This document shows positions 45,384 to 56,309 of a stretch of 64,000 nt of DNA, piece by piece (within the stretch, counting starts at the first letter, position 1; each line of letters starts with the position of its first letter). The notes beneath the pieces are model-generated. The model did no database searches. It worked only from the letters and a program-made list of their open reading frames with translations, and had not been told where the DNA came from. The position numbers and the translations under genes were made by a program. Origin of the DNA: a virus; the IMG/VR virus record IMGVR_UViG_3300025015_000010, positions 104,735-168,734 of that record; one strand, 5' to 3'.

Positions 45384-45893
45384 ATGACTAAAATCTACAA
45401 CAATTACTGGCAAGATGCTCTGCATGAGTTAGCTTGTCTACTGCCGTTAGTTCCATTCCGTTCTTGGGAATACACGCTGCCACCAGAGCGACCACGTAAG
45501 TTCTTTGGCCAGTCCGTTGAATATTTGGCCTTAGAGTTTAGCGAGGATAAGTACGATACTAGGAATTGGGCTGGTCTCAGTGACTTTGTAGACGGTCCAT
45601 TAGTAGGTAACGGCTTGGCTTTGTACATCACACTTAATGCCGATGGCATTGACAGGCGAGAATTCAATGCCAGATATCCCGATGTGCCCGTGCAGAATAG
45701 ATACCTGTTTATTTTAGCCCATGAAGTTGGCCATGCCTTGCGTGGCAGTACCGAAACAGCCGCCGACGATTTCGCTTTTGAATTGCTGGGACTAGAACAA
45801 GATATCGAGGCTAAATCTTACCGAGATGGCCAGTATGTCATAATTCACGAAAAGCGTAAAAAGTTACGTGACAAATTATTCGGGCCTAAATAA
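45384..45893 (+). CDS. Zincin-like metallopeptidase (HExxH)
   Basis: FILAHEVGH...ETAADDFA. Confidence 0.65.
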   Translation: MTKIYNNYWQDALHELACLLPLVPFRSWEYTLPPERPRKFFGQSVEYLALEFSEDKYDTRNWAGLSDFVDGPLVGNGLALYITLNADGIDRREFNARYPDVPVQNRYLFILAHEVGHALRGSTETAADDFAFELLGLEQDIEAKSYRDGQYVIIHEKRKKLRDKLFGPK

Positions 45894-46441
45894 TGCCTTG
45901 CTTCTGGAAAAATTTTGAGGCTAGCACTGATCTTGAGCAAGACAGTGAAGCAGCCCTCGTTTACTCAGTTCAGGATGAGGTAGATATATCGTTATCTTCT
46001 TTGTACCACTGGCATTATGAGCCGTGTTGGGCTATTCAAGATCTGTTAAGTAAAATGCCTGCAAAGAGGCATAAAGATCCGAGAGGCTGGACACGTTGGT
46101 TGGATGCAGAGATTGAAGAGCGCATAGAAGACATGGACGATGGCTATTATGATGAACTTTGGCGTTGGTGGTCGGAAGATCCGGCTGTTGCCCCGATTAT
46201 GGTACCGCTGAACAGTAGGGGCAGAGTAGATAAGAATAATCTAGAGGCCAATCCTATCTGGGCAGGACATCACAGGTTGGCTTTAGCAATCGAGCATGGC
46301 TGGACCCATGTTCCAGTGATCTACAGTATACTTAAGGACGACACGGGGATTCAGCAGGCCCTGATTGATGCTAATAAACGTTTTGGAATGTACGTAGCAG
46401 CTAGTTTAGACAGACACTATCTAAAAGTATCGAGGAAATAA
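45893..46441 (+). CDS. ParB/Srx-like domain protein
   Basis: PIMV...IWAGHHRLALA...VPV. Confidence 0.55.
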   Translation: MPCFWKNFEASTDLEQDSEAALVYSVQDEVDISLSSLYHWHYEPCWAIQDLLSKMPAKRHKDPRGWTRWLDAEIEERIEDMDDGYYDELWRWWSEDPAVAPIMVPLNSRGRVDKNNLEANPIWAGHHRLALAIEHGWTHVPVIYSILKDDTGIQQALIDANKRFGMYVAASLDRHYLKVSRK

Positions 46442-47212
46442 TGGCTAACTATGAAAACTGGGTTTTGGCGATGCACCAGGCTATTGATGACGAGACTCTA
46501 ATCCCAGAATTTGAACAGAACCCACGAGAGGCACTGGAATTTTTCAGACAAGCTATTTTGGATCGACGAGATAGAGTGAAATATGATGTTATTGATCATG
46601 TTCGTATGTATCCGTTTGTAGAGCCAGTCACAATGTCTATTATGGTTGATGCTTTTGCTCGGCTAAAAGACAGAGAACTGTTGTCGCATGCAGGTCAAAT
46701 TGTTATTATCGAGTGGACTTGTGAGCCAGACCGTGACTATCGTGGTTATCCATTACTGGTTCTGGACATGCTTCGGCTAGTTAGACACAGTCTCTATAAG
46801 ACTGTAGAAGACGGTGGCATAACACTAGGAGATTTCTTAGTCAGGCAAGGCGTATTTCGACAGATTTTTGAGGTACTAGTTTCTGGGGAAGATTTCGGCA
46901 AGAAAGTACTATACGCAGCGGCCGAGCAATTAACTGAAAGCTCTGATACGGACTCGATGGAGCATCTGGGTATTATAAGACAACTGCTTGAAAATCACAA
47001 AGATTCTAAGGTACGAGATATTTTTGAGAAATATTATGGCTGGTTAGCTACCAGAGATCCGATGGGCGATTTTCTAGCCGAAATCGAAAGAAAAGCTAGG
47101 GCGCGTGGGATCTCTGAGAAGGAAGTAAAAAATACACTAAGACAGGCAATCAAAAATTACAAGGCACTGTTTGGTGCTTACAATCTTGTGAAGCAGGATC
47201 TCGATTCCCAGA

Positions 47213-47884
47213 ATGACTTGGTCGAAGATGACGACCAGAATTAAAATCGATCAAGAGATAGTACGCCTGATAAATGAAATAACATCAAGTTTGGACGGAA
47301 TGACACGGTATGTTCTAACTGAGTGGACTCAAGGTACAATCTGCGGAGTAACACCACGTTTAGATGATTATACCGACGTATTATACGCTTCGTTTAAACC
47401 TTTACGCAGATTTCTAGCTTATAAATATGGCCAGAAAGTTACCATGTTTCGTGGTGAACCGATAGAAATCCCTTGCATAGATCGCAAGTGGCTGTCGTGG
47501 ACAACTAATCACGGGCTAGCAGCAGTTTTTGCAGATAGGAAAGAGCATCATATAGTAAAAGCCGAAGTAGATGTCAATGACGTAGTGGCTGGTATCGTAC
47601 TACATGAAGGCGAGTACTACATTGAATATCTAATTTTAGACCGACCGGAATACCACGATTATGGCCGTCTTGTGCCAGTGCGGGGACAGATGCATGTTGA
47701 TACGTCTGTAAGCAGATATGCCAAAAGTGTGATTAGAGACGCTGGAGGAGAGATATTGCGAACTTGGGTTCATGAGAGCGATGACGATTTTGAGTTTATC
47801 ACTTTTGTGCTGCCAGCCGACGCTGTTTTACCGGGCTTTAGTTTTGAAATTATCGGACATTACCCTGATGGATTCGAACCGTGA
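47213..47884 (+). CDS. ADP-ribosyltransferase-like protein (R-S-E type)
   Basis: VTMFRGE, LSWTT, acidic E..IEY strand. Confidence 0.5.
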   Translation: MTWSKMTTRIKIDQEIVRLINEITSSLDGMTRYVLTEWTQGTICGVTPRLDDYTDVLYASFKPLRRFLAYKYGQKVTMFRGEPIEIPCIDRKWLSWTTNHGLAAVFADRKEHHIVKAEVDVNDVVAGIVLHEGEYYIEYLILDRPEYHDYGRLVPVRGQMHVDTSVSRYAKSVIRDAGGEILRTWVHESDDDFEFITFVLPADAVLPGFSFEIIGHYPDGFEP

Positions 47885-48459
47885 ATAATTTACCTTTTGA
47901 TTCTGCATACCACGCGACATACAGGTATAGAGCTATAAAGCAAGGTGGTTTGTGTGTTCCGCCGCTTGGTGTGTCACTGGACGGTCGTGATTTTTGGCCG
48001 AGACAAGTATTTGATCAATATCAAGATATGGTTTTCGAAAATGAGCACGTCGATAACTATCTAGGTTTCACGCCCAAAAAATTTACAGACATGGTTGGCA
48101 AGGTGTCGCTGCTTTTTGTAATTACGGATTTGCGCGAGGCTAGAGCTATCAAGCAAGTTCTTAGAGATGGCACCACACTGTTCGAAGGACATTCAATCGC
48201 CGACTTAGTTTCAGGATGGAATCCCGACAAAGATGTAAAAATATTGAAAGTAAATATGCTAGATTTACCTGTGTTATACTGGTTTCCTGATCGTGCTTAT
48301 GAGCAGTATGACGATAAGTACAGGTGGCGCTTCGACGAGTATGGAATATCGTTGGACGGTGATTATGACGATAGCGATTGGGATTTTAGCAGCTATGTTT
48401 TAGTGCTACCCACCGAGTGTCCACAAGTACCAAGCAGAGCATTTAAGGCAATAAAATAA
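47881..48459 (+). CDS. Hypothetical, possibly ART-like
   Basis: AYHAT....IKQGGL N-terminus. Confidence 0.4.
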   Translation: MNNLPFDSAYHATYRYRAIKQGGLCVPPLGVSLDGRDFWPRQVFDQYQDMVFENEHVDNYLGFTPKKFTDMVGKVSLLFVITDLREARAIKQVLRDGTTLFEGHSIADLVSGWNPDKDVKILKVNMLDLPVLYWFPDRAYEQYDDKYRWRFDEYGISLDGDYDDSDWDFSSYVLVLPTECPQVPSRAFKAIK

Positions 48460-48493
48460 GGGGCCGTCAAATGGATACCCCCCCCCTAAAATA

Positions 48494-49042
48494 ATGGCTA
48501 GGCGAGTGTATAAAAATGTCTACCATGGCACGTACTGGCCGATGCCCGAAAAGCTTAATGATCAGTGGGAACCGTTCATCGATCTGGACCCTGATCGTTC
48601 GGACTACGGAGCCGTGTGGTTTACTCAGAGCGAAAAAGACGCAGAGTTTTTCGCCGCATGGCATAGTTCAAATGGATACCCCCCTAGGTCAAAATCTGGT
48701 AATGATACACTTGTTATGTTCAGGGCCAGACTAGAATTGCCTAACGCCCGTGTGGCCACGCCTAGATGGCTAGAGCTAAAGGGTCAAGAAATCCGAGAAT
48801 ATGGTGATGGCGTAACTGATATTGGCATTATGTGGGAAGAAGCCAGAGACGAAGGCAAAGATGCTTTTATAGTGTCAGCTAATTATCAGTGCGGCGGCGA
48901 TGACATTGCAGTTTTCGACTTACGAGGATTCAGCTTACAGGGCATCAAAACCAAGCTTCCTGGCCAGGACTGGACTGAATACATGGAAGCGGAAGAAGCT
49001 GTGAGATTGTTTAAGCAGTTTTGGGGATGGTCTGAAGAATGA
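48494..49042 (+). CDS. ADP-ribosyltransferase-like protein (H-type)
   Basis: VYHGT, AVWFT....AEFFA, IAVFD. Confidence 0.55.
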   Translation: MARRVYKNVYHGTYWPMPEKLNDQWEPFIDLDPDRSDYGAVWFTQSEKDAEFFAAWHSSNGYPPRSKSGNDTLVMFRARLELPNARVATPRWLELKGQEIREYGDGVTDIGIMWEEARDEGKDAFIVSANYQCGGDDIAVFDLRGFSLQGIKTKLPGQDWTEYMEAEEAVRLFKQFWGWSEE

Positions 49043-49329
49043 TCCAAATAGTTAACAGTCATACCCACAGTCCCACAAACGACGACGTCTATATTGGTAG
49101 ACCGTCGCTGTTTGGCAATCCGGTTTCTCATCGGCAAGAAAGCACGGCTGTTATACAGGTAGAAACTCGTGAGAATGCCGTACAAGCTTACGAAGATTGG
49201 TTATTGGGCCGCGACTACACTGACGATGGGACCAGCGACCGCAAGCCCCGGAATTTATTTCGGGGCTTGCGGTCGCTGGTCCCATCGTCAGGACAGGTAA
49301 ATGATTTGACAGTTGAGAAAATTACTTAG
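49039..49329 (+). pseudogene. DUF4326-family gene truncated by a palindromic insert
   Basis: DVYIGRPSLFGNP...RENAVQAYEDWL; the usual C-terminal CxC.P..CHG is missing and replaced by the 49221-49290 hairpin. Confidence 0.65.
49221..49290. repeat. Perfect 30-bp inverted repeat with 10-nt spacer
   Basis: tgacgatgggaccagcgaccgcaagccccg-gaatttattt-cggggcttgcggtcgctggtcccatcgtca. Confidence 0.95.
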
Positions 49330-50439
49330 CTATTTCTTCGCGTAGCCAGGTCTCCAGTTCGCTAAGTATATCTTCTTCGAGATCTAGTTCATCCTCCAGA
49401 AACAGCATTTGATCGAGTACTTCCTGTAGTGTTTTACGGTCCATGATCAGTTTCCCTTCTTATCTAAGCTTTTGATTGCGTCAATCTCAGGACGGTCGGC
49501 CATGATTACACCGTCCACTAGTTGAAATATAACCGTATGCCCACAGGGCAGTGTAACACTTACTGCTGCATTCTCTGGTTCGATACTCAAGGTCTTCCCG
49601 TAATATTCTTCGTGATTAACGGTGCATTCCGTGTTTCGCGCACTAGTGCAGCCTAAAAGGCACAGACTAAGGCAGATTAGTAGTCTTAGCATCGAATACC
49701 CTGTATGTAGAATTCGATGCGCTTACCGCATCCAGCACAGACATGCTCATAGCGCCCAGGCTGAAAAACCTGGCGGCTAGGTATATTGTGGTCTGGGTGC
49801 ATGCATTGCGTGATATGATCCTCACGTGGTGTACTGATTTTTCGTGTAGGCATTCCATCTCCTTTAATAGTACCGCCGACGGTATATCGGCTCGTCATCA
49901 AACTCGTTCGTTAATCAATGCAGTAATCACGAAAATAAGCACTGTAGCTAGCGGACTAGGATCAATAGTTAAGTACGAAAAGTCTCTGAAGCGCTTCCTA
50001 TGCCACTTTTCCTCGATTACTGGCCGAGTACTAGGCTTTTCGCCTCGATTTCAATGTCTTTGTAATCTGACCACGAAAACGCCCGAGCCTCCTGGTTAGA
50101 TAGGAGTAGTGTATACTATTTTTTACAACAGTCAAGAGCCAATTTCTGGCCAAGCGAGTTAGATGTTCGCCTTCGATTTTGAAACAGACAGCTTTAGTAC
50201 TCATGGTTAGTCCCCAGTTATGGCAGAAAGGGCCGTCTTGACGTCTTCACCGAGAAACACGCCGTCAAGCCACCAACCAGCGTGTGTATCACCGTGAGAG
50301 TCTTCACGCTTTTCATGCACAGCGCCAGCACTACGAAGCTTGAGCATGCGTTCGTTATCGCGGCAGTAACGTGGCGTCAAGTCCAAGCCATGCCATTCAG
50401 TAATCATGGGTGTTTCTCCATTAGGGTTAATTACAGCAT

Positions 50440-50571
50440 CAGGCTTATCGGGTTAACGCCTCTAAGGTAAATGTTAGCCACTACGTGTAGTACCTTTTTT
50501 GGAGAACACGCCTATAGACACCACGGATAGACCCTAACAAAGAACTAATAGTCGTTAACCCGATAAGCCTG
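50440..50571. mobile_element. 132-bp MITE, IS1595-type
   Basis: 19-bp perfect TIR caggcttatcgggttaacg; 8-bp TSD TACAGCAT (50432-50439, 50572-50579); empty site at 24331-24370. Confidence 0.92.
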
Positions 50572-51461
50572 TACAGCATACCAGATTTTATTGTGAAGTC
50601 AAGAGCTAATTTCTAATAGGTGTGCCTCGCCTGAATTACCCGCGACAGTCTGCGCTAGGCCATGACTGAGAGCAAAGCATCTTACCTGGGGACGGCATAC
50701 CCGACCCACTAGAAATTTACTCGACGATCTTGTATTTTACTCGACTGTTTACTTTGTGCCAGCTAGTAGCATCGCTAAACTCTTGAGTGTGTTCAAGTTG
50801 AAGATACAATGCTCCATTTTTGTCTTTTTCAGGCCACCCGAATACCCACCCATGCTCATCGTTATTTATGGCCTGAAGCGTATTTAAATCAAGAAATTTT
50901 GCGTCAAGAATCCTGAGTGGAATATCTTCTCCGAAGTCCGATATGATTTTCTTACCGACCAGTTTCTTGGCACGAGTGAGTTTACTCACAGTCAATCCAT
51001 TCTGTAAGGCTCATAGGAGCCACTATCTACTTGGACAGTCCACGCATCAAATGTGGCAATCGCTTTTGACCCAACCATCGACTTCAGCTTTTCCAACAAC
51101 AGTGCCGGTTCGCGTACAACACTATGGCTATCGGCAGTTAGCGTAACTGTGAATGTTACTTGGCCGGTTTTGCGCTTATCACACACCATGATTATTCTCC
51201 TTAGTGTCTAAGTTTTGGACAAGATTCATGGCGGCATTAAGATCGTCAGCAGCGTTTTGAGCTGCCTTTAGGCTATAAAATGTAAGTAGTGCTCGGTCGT
51301 TCCAAGTCATATTTGAAGCTTTAACGCTGGCCACCTTTAGATGGTCCCAATACTTGGCCTCAAAAGGTCCAATCAGGTCGATGCCGTATACGGCTATTCC
51401 ATCGTTGTTTCTTAGTACAAGTAGTGTTTTTAGGGCCTGTATTAGAATAGTGCTGTCAACG

Positions 51462-51839
51462 TCAATCATGACTATTCCCCTTTGCTACGTTACAATCAGC
51501 ACACATAGTTTGATAGTTATCTAGGCTGTCATGCCCGCCTTTAGATTTAGGCACAATGTGATCTTTAGTCATCAGCATTTCAGTTCCGTCAGACTTGATC
51601 GCGTACAGATTTAAGTGCGGCGCGCTGTTACCTTGCAAATCAAGTTTGAATATTGAGCCAGTGATTCCGCACTGAGTACAGATTAGACTTTTAGCGAAAA
51701 CAGCCAAGCGATCAGATGACAATGATACTCTAAAGCCATCAAGCTCTTTACGCACCTTATTCTTTGAATGCCTTTTTGGTGTTACATAAGGCAAGATTTC
51801 GCCTAAAGTGTGATCCTGGCCAACATGTTCAGCAGCCAT
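51462..51839 (-). CDS. HNH endonuclease
   Basis: CTQCG, TKDHIVPKSKGG..SLDNYQTMCADCN..KG. Confidence 0.88.
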   Translation of the reverse strand: MAAEHVGQDHTLGEILPYVTPKRHSKNKVRKELDGFRVSLSSDRLAVFAKSLICTQCGITGSIFKLDLQGNSAPHLNLYAIKSDGTEMLMTKDHIVPKSKGGHDSLDNYQTMCADCNVAKGNSHD

Positions 51840-52693
51840 GTTACTTATTTTCGGAATTGAGGATTTTGGACATATTGCAGGCCAACTTTTCGGCATCATA
51901 AGTATCTTGTGGGTTAAACAATGCGATCTCAGTGCCAGATTTCTTATCGAATACTCCCCACGATCTTGACGTCTTCTCGGCAGCATAGTATCGCGCTGAT
52001 GGGTCGCAAAAAGAGCCTGTGCGAAAATCAGGATTCTCTCGTTTAGTTGTATCCTTATAGCCTAGTTTATTCAGAAGAAGCACAATATCTGCCTTTTGTG
52101 GATTTGTTTCGTGAAGAACAGCCAGTTCGGCGAAAAGCTGGTGCATTTCTTTGAAGGCTATTAGTGCGTCTTCAAAGACGGCTAGCTGTAAAGTAGGCTT
52201 ACCTTGTAGCAGTTTCCACTTAAGTGTAAACTCGTAATCGACGCCGACACCGTAATCTGGTGATTTGTATACAAGTATCACATCAACGTCTCGCTCTGTA
52301 GCAAACCACGACTCGTTCATGATGCTGTAACCAAAAGTATTCATCGGCTGTCTCCTTTTAAGCGGTTGACTGAGAATATTATATCATGTAATCTCCGGAT
52401 GTCAAGAGTCTTTTACCTGTGTGGGTAAGCTTGAGTTGGTTTCATTTTAGGCGCCTGTGAAAATCGATCCTGTATTATCGGTTCATCAGACGGTAGTAAC
52501 ATGTAAGCGTCTTTGTCTTTATATAATCGTTCCAGATTCTTTGTTAACCGAGCAAAATAATCAAAACGTTCAGGAGAATCCCAGGTGCCATTTTTGAAAT
52601 AGTACTCTTTTGTTGTCTGAATGTCTCTTTCTAGGTCTTCGATCAGTAGTTTTCGAAGTTCTTGTTGCATATAGTGTACAGCCTTCTTGTAGC

Positions 52694-53695
52694 TCATGCC
52701 CTCTCCAAATAAGCATTGCTCACGATTTTTAGCTTCAGTCTGCTATTCAACTCCGATTCGAATCGATTCTCAATAGGCTGAATTACGACGCCCTCGCGTA
52801 TGTGATCCGCGCCAACAATAAGAGATTTTCCGTTTGACAGCTTTTCAATATCTACTTCTGAGTATGGACCCTTGTAAACTACCTGAACCCACGGCATGCC
52901 GTGAATTATTCCAGCGGCATTCATAGCTAGTTCTGGAGAAACCCATGTCCCGTCTGGTGTTCGTACATCAAACCCTGCAAAACGTACCTCGCCCGGTTTA
53001 CATCCGTATTTCAAATCTTGAACCTGCCCGTAAACTTCGCCGTACAGTACATGGCCTGGATTAGCTTCGCAAAAAGACTTAATAGCTGGTGTAACTTCCA
53101 AGGCGCGATGCCAGATTGTGTTGCCAGTTTCCATTTTCCACTCACCATGTGATCCCACGAACATACGCAGTGTGCCAGTCTTATCAGAGGCATAAACATA
53201 TCTTGCTGACGCACCATGGATCTTTTCGGTAGCCACGACAAGTTCGTCTGGCCTGAATAGGTGCTTATAGCGATACCAGTTTTCAACATCGTACTTGGGC
53301 GCGATTACGCCCGATGGTCCAGGCCCAGTTTCGCCCCGGTGGAAGTTCACGGGTGGTTCGTAACGTTCGACGCCGAGAGCTTCTAGAGCATTTTGACCCT
53401 CAGCCATGCCTTCAGGTGACTTAACTAGCAGTCCTTGTGAGAATATGCCACGTAACTTTTTTACTTTAATTCGTTCCCGTGCTCTAGGCTTATCCTGGAT
53501 TATGAGAAACTCAAATTCTGGCCTGTCTGTAGGCACTGTATAGTCAGGTGGAATGTATGCGGCCAAGTCTCCATCCTGCCAGTCGGCAGAACGGACACAA
53601 ACTGTATAGCCAAATACTCGAACGATACTTAGAGTATCTGCGTTCGGGTGAGGCTCTTTACGTATTCGAATGACGGGTATTTCGTGAGTGCTCAC
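52694..53695 (-). CDS. RNA ligase, DRB0094 family
   Basis: HPNADTL, LRGIFSQGL, TEKIHG, GEVYG, FDV, REGVV, LKIVSNAYL. Confidence 0.9.
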   Translation of the reverse strand: MSTHEIPVIRIRKEPHPNADTLSIVRVFGYTVCVRSADWQDGDLAAYIPPDYTVPTDRPEFEFLIIQDKPRARERIKVKKLRGIFSQGLLVKSPEGMAEGQNALEALGVERYEPPVNFHRGETGPGPSGVIAPKYDVENWYRYKHLFRPDELVVATEKIHGASARYVYASDKTGTLRMFVGSHGEWKMETGNTIWHRALEVTPAIKSFCEANPGHVLYGEVYGQVQDLKYGCKPGEVRFAGFDVRTPDGTWVSPELAMNAAGIIHGMPWVQVVYKGPYSEVDIEKLSNGKSLIVGADHIREGVVIQPIENRFESELNSRLKLKIVSNAYLERA

Positions 53696-53955
53696 GATTT
53701 GTTTCTCCTATTCATAGTGCCTGGAGCTAATAGTCAACTCTTTGTCCGAACCAGAAACCAGATAGAGGAAACGATCTCCATCCAATCACTAGTTCCCAAC
53801 GGTATAGACCCGTATCTGGATTATGTAGTTTTCTGACACGCATAGCTGTTTCTCCCTTTAGATATGGGGGCCGTCCATTTGATGGCCCCCCTCCAACTGC
53901 CATAAGTCGTGATATTCGGTTCCGTAAATCCAGTGTATTCGAGTCAGGGGCCGTC

Positions 53956-54955
53956 ACTGAGAACATTATAGCATGTTCAATTGGTAAGTCAACGGCTAAT
54001 ATCAACCATGCACGCTCTTACAGCGGATTCCCATCGTGTCTTGCCAATTGCCCAGTACCCTACCCAGAGAAGGCATCCAAGTAAAACATAAGCTTTAATC
54101 TTTTTCCAAGTAGTTTTCATGTCCGTCTCCTTATGGTTGCCTGAGTGTCAATACAATTTCCAGTCTCCAATACTGAATTCAATAAATTCTCCACTAGGAC
54201 TACAGCTATACTTACCTACTGGAGTGTGCCCCAATAGAATCGTCACCGTTCTGATGTCATCGTCAGAGCAGCTATCGGATAGTCTCAACTTAGCTAGGCC
54301 AGAATGCTGGGTTTTTCCATCTGAATATGCATAGAGCCTGTCAATGATGTCTTCGAGTAGCGGCGATTTATTTACTCCTAGGTCAGTTCTCAGTGCTTGA
54401 AGCAGCATTTCTACACCCACGATTTCACTAACTTCGAACGCTTCCTCGGCATCGAGAGTTTCGTGGTGGAAAATGGACCAAAAAATATAGTTTTCTTCGG
54501 TTGGCTCACAGACTGGCATATTCCTTTCCCGAAGCAGCTTCAACAAGCAGTTTTTTCCGTGCTTAGCATTTTCATTACAGCAACACGGGCAAGTTTCGTG
54601 TCTGCCTTCCATCTCTATGACGCTGAGAAGTTTTCTATTCCACTTACGGTAGTCAGCATCGGAAAGACGTTGACTGAACAGTTCCGATTTTACAGTATTA
54701 ACTCTGGCTACCCAATCTGCCCAAGGCATTCTGACGTCATTAATAGATATGTCCTTGAGATCTTGGGCGTAATTGTGATTACAGGCATCGATGGGCCAGC
54801 CTCGTACTGTGCCGTCGATGTTGATGCGTTCGACCTTGAAGTGGCCACGCACGTTTTCAGATAAAACAAAGTAATCTTTACCGAGGTCAACTTCCATGTG
54901 GATCTCCTTTAGTTGGTTGACTGAGAACATTATAGCATGTTCAATAGCCAAGTCA
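53956..54955 (-). promoter_or_regulatory. Duplicated promoter/leader element at 53956-53992 and 54920-54955 (related copy at ~52365-52405)
   Basis: TTGACT-N16-TATAAT-GTTCTCAGT; shared actgagaacattatagcatgttcaat. Confidence 0.8.
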
Positions 54956-56160
54956 AGAGGTTAGTTAGAAAAACCAGGCATCTGTATCTGATAGGGCAGC
55001 GACACCAAAGATCGTCCCCAGCACGAAAAATATCACTAGAGTGATAGGTGCGAGTAGCCCTGCAACAATAGGTATGACTACTTGATGCCAGCGCTCTATG
55101 CCTATGTACACATGAGCACTTATTAGGCTTGCACTCGTTATTAGTAGGGCAATTACAATATAAGCCGTTAACATGTTATCCTCAAAAGTAGGATCGAAGA
55201 GAGACTTATGAAATTATATCTAGTAATTCTATGGCAAGTATAACTGATTGTGCGCGTTGATCTCCCTCAGATCGCTCATCTAGTACAGTCCTAGCCAGTA
55301 TTTCAGCCCTTTCTTTAATTTCACAGAGCTTCGTCATAAATTCTACGGATACTCCCATTTCTCCTTTACGAAGACTCACGACGAGCCCCCCCCCTGTCAG
55401 CCATATTCATACCCCCGGATCAATGATGTCAACTAAGGCTTTAAACTGTTCGATGTTACCAAGTTTAGGAAGTCCGTCATAGGTTCTAGGTACACTCCAC
55501 CCCAAGGCTGAGTCAAGGCGATCACAGAGAGAGTGTCTTGCAGCAATTAATGCACCATGCTTCTTAGTCATTTCAGCGTATTCGCGGTCTTTTTCCTGTA
55601 GATATTTTTCACATTCGGCCCACGGCATACGAATCAATGCAGTTGCAATTCGGTGTTCTCGGCAATCGTCATCGAGAACCGTCGTGTGCTTGTATATTTG
55701 AACAAAGACATCTCCACGAATGGGCGCTTGGGTAACAACAGCACGAGATACGTTCCATGTACCTGCTGAATTCCTTTCAGGAGTTGATTTCTTACCGTGC
55801 CATACCGCATAATCCTGGCCCACCTGAATATCACATGCACGCATTATTCACCTCCGTTGATGCTTATGATGTACTCTTTAGCCGCAGTAAAGGTCGAAAC
55901 TTGGTATTGATATTCTTGCCGTTGTGTCACAGGCAAATTAGTTGCATGGTCGGGTGTAATTAGCCACTTGCCGCGAAGGTAGTGTTCTACAGCATACCGT
56001 CTATCCGTATAAGAAACCCGGACCTCATACCAACCTTCGCGTCGTTTAATCGTTATGCTATTCATGTAGACATTATAGCATGTACCTTCTGGATGTCAAT
56101 AGGTAATTATGAGATTCTTTGGCCTGAGTTCACTGTTCTATACAAGAGTGAACTAGAATA

Positions 56161-56184
56161 GTTTAGGCACCTAGGTGCCTAAAC
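56161..56184. repeat. 24-bp perfect palindrome in a ~200-bp non-coding region
   Basis: gtttaggcacctaggtgcctaaac. Confidence 0.9.
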
Positions 56185-56309
56185 CTGGATAGGGCTATAA
56201 AGACCAAATAAGTACCTAAAGTACAGGCCAAATCAGGTAGGTAGGACACTAAGGTAATCAGGGTTTTAAGGGCTAGGCGGCTTTACTAGGCATTTAGATA
56301 TTGGGCTAG

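Larger units (their letters stand above)
49447..56065 (-). other. Run of short, often individually promoted early-type hypothetical ORFs (e.g. 49447-49692, 50207-50407, 50717-50995, 51179-51469, 51841-52344, 52413-52697, 54148-~54897, 54965-55174, 55407-55844, 55844-56065)
   Basis: Co-oriented; AGGAG-type SD and repeated promoters. Confidence 0.6.

Noticed and set aside
53727-54951. Shared IEHAIMFSV peptide in ORFs 53727-54005 and 54148-54951 as a protein motif
   Set aside because: It is the translation of a duplicated promoter (TATAATGTTCTCAGT), not a coding feature.
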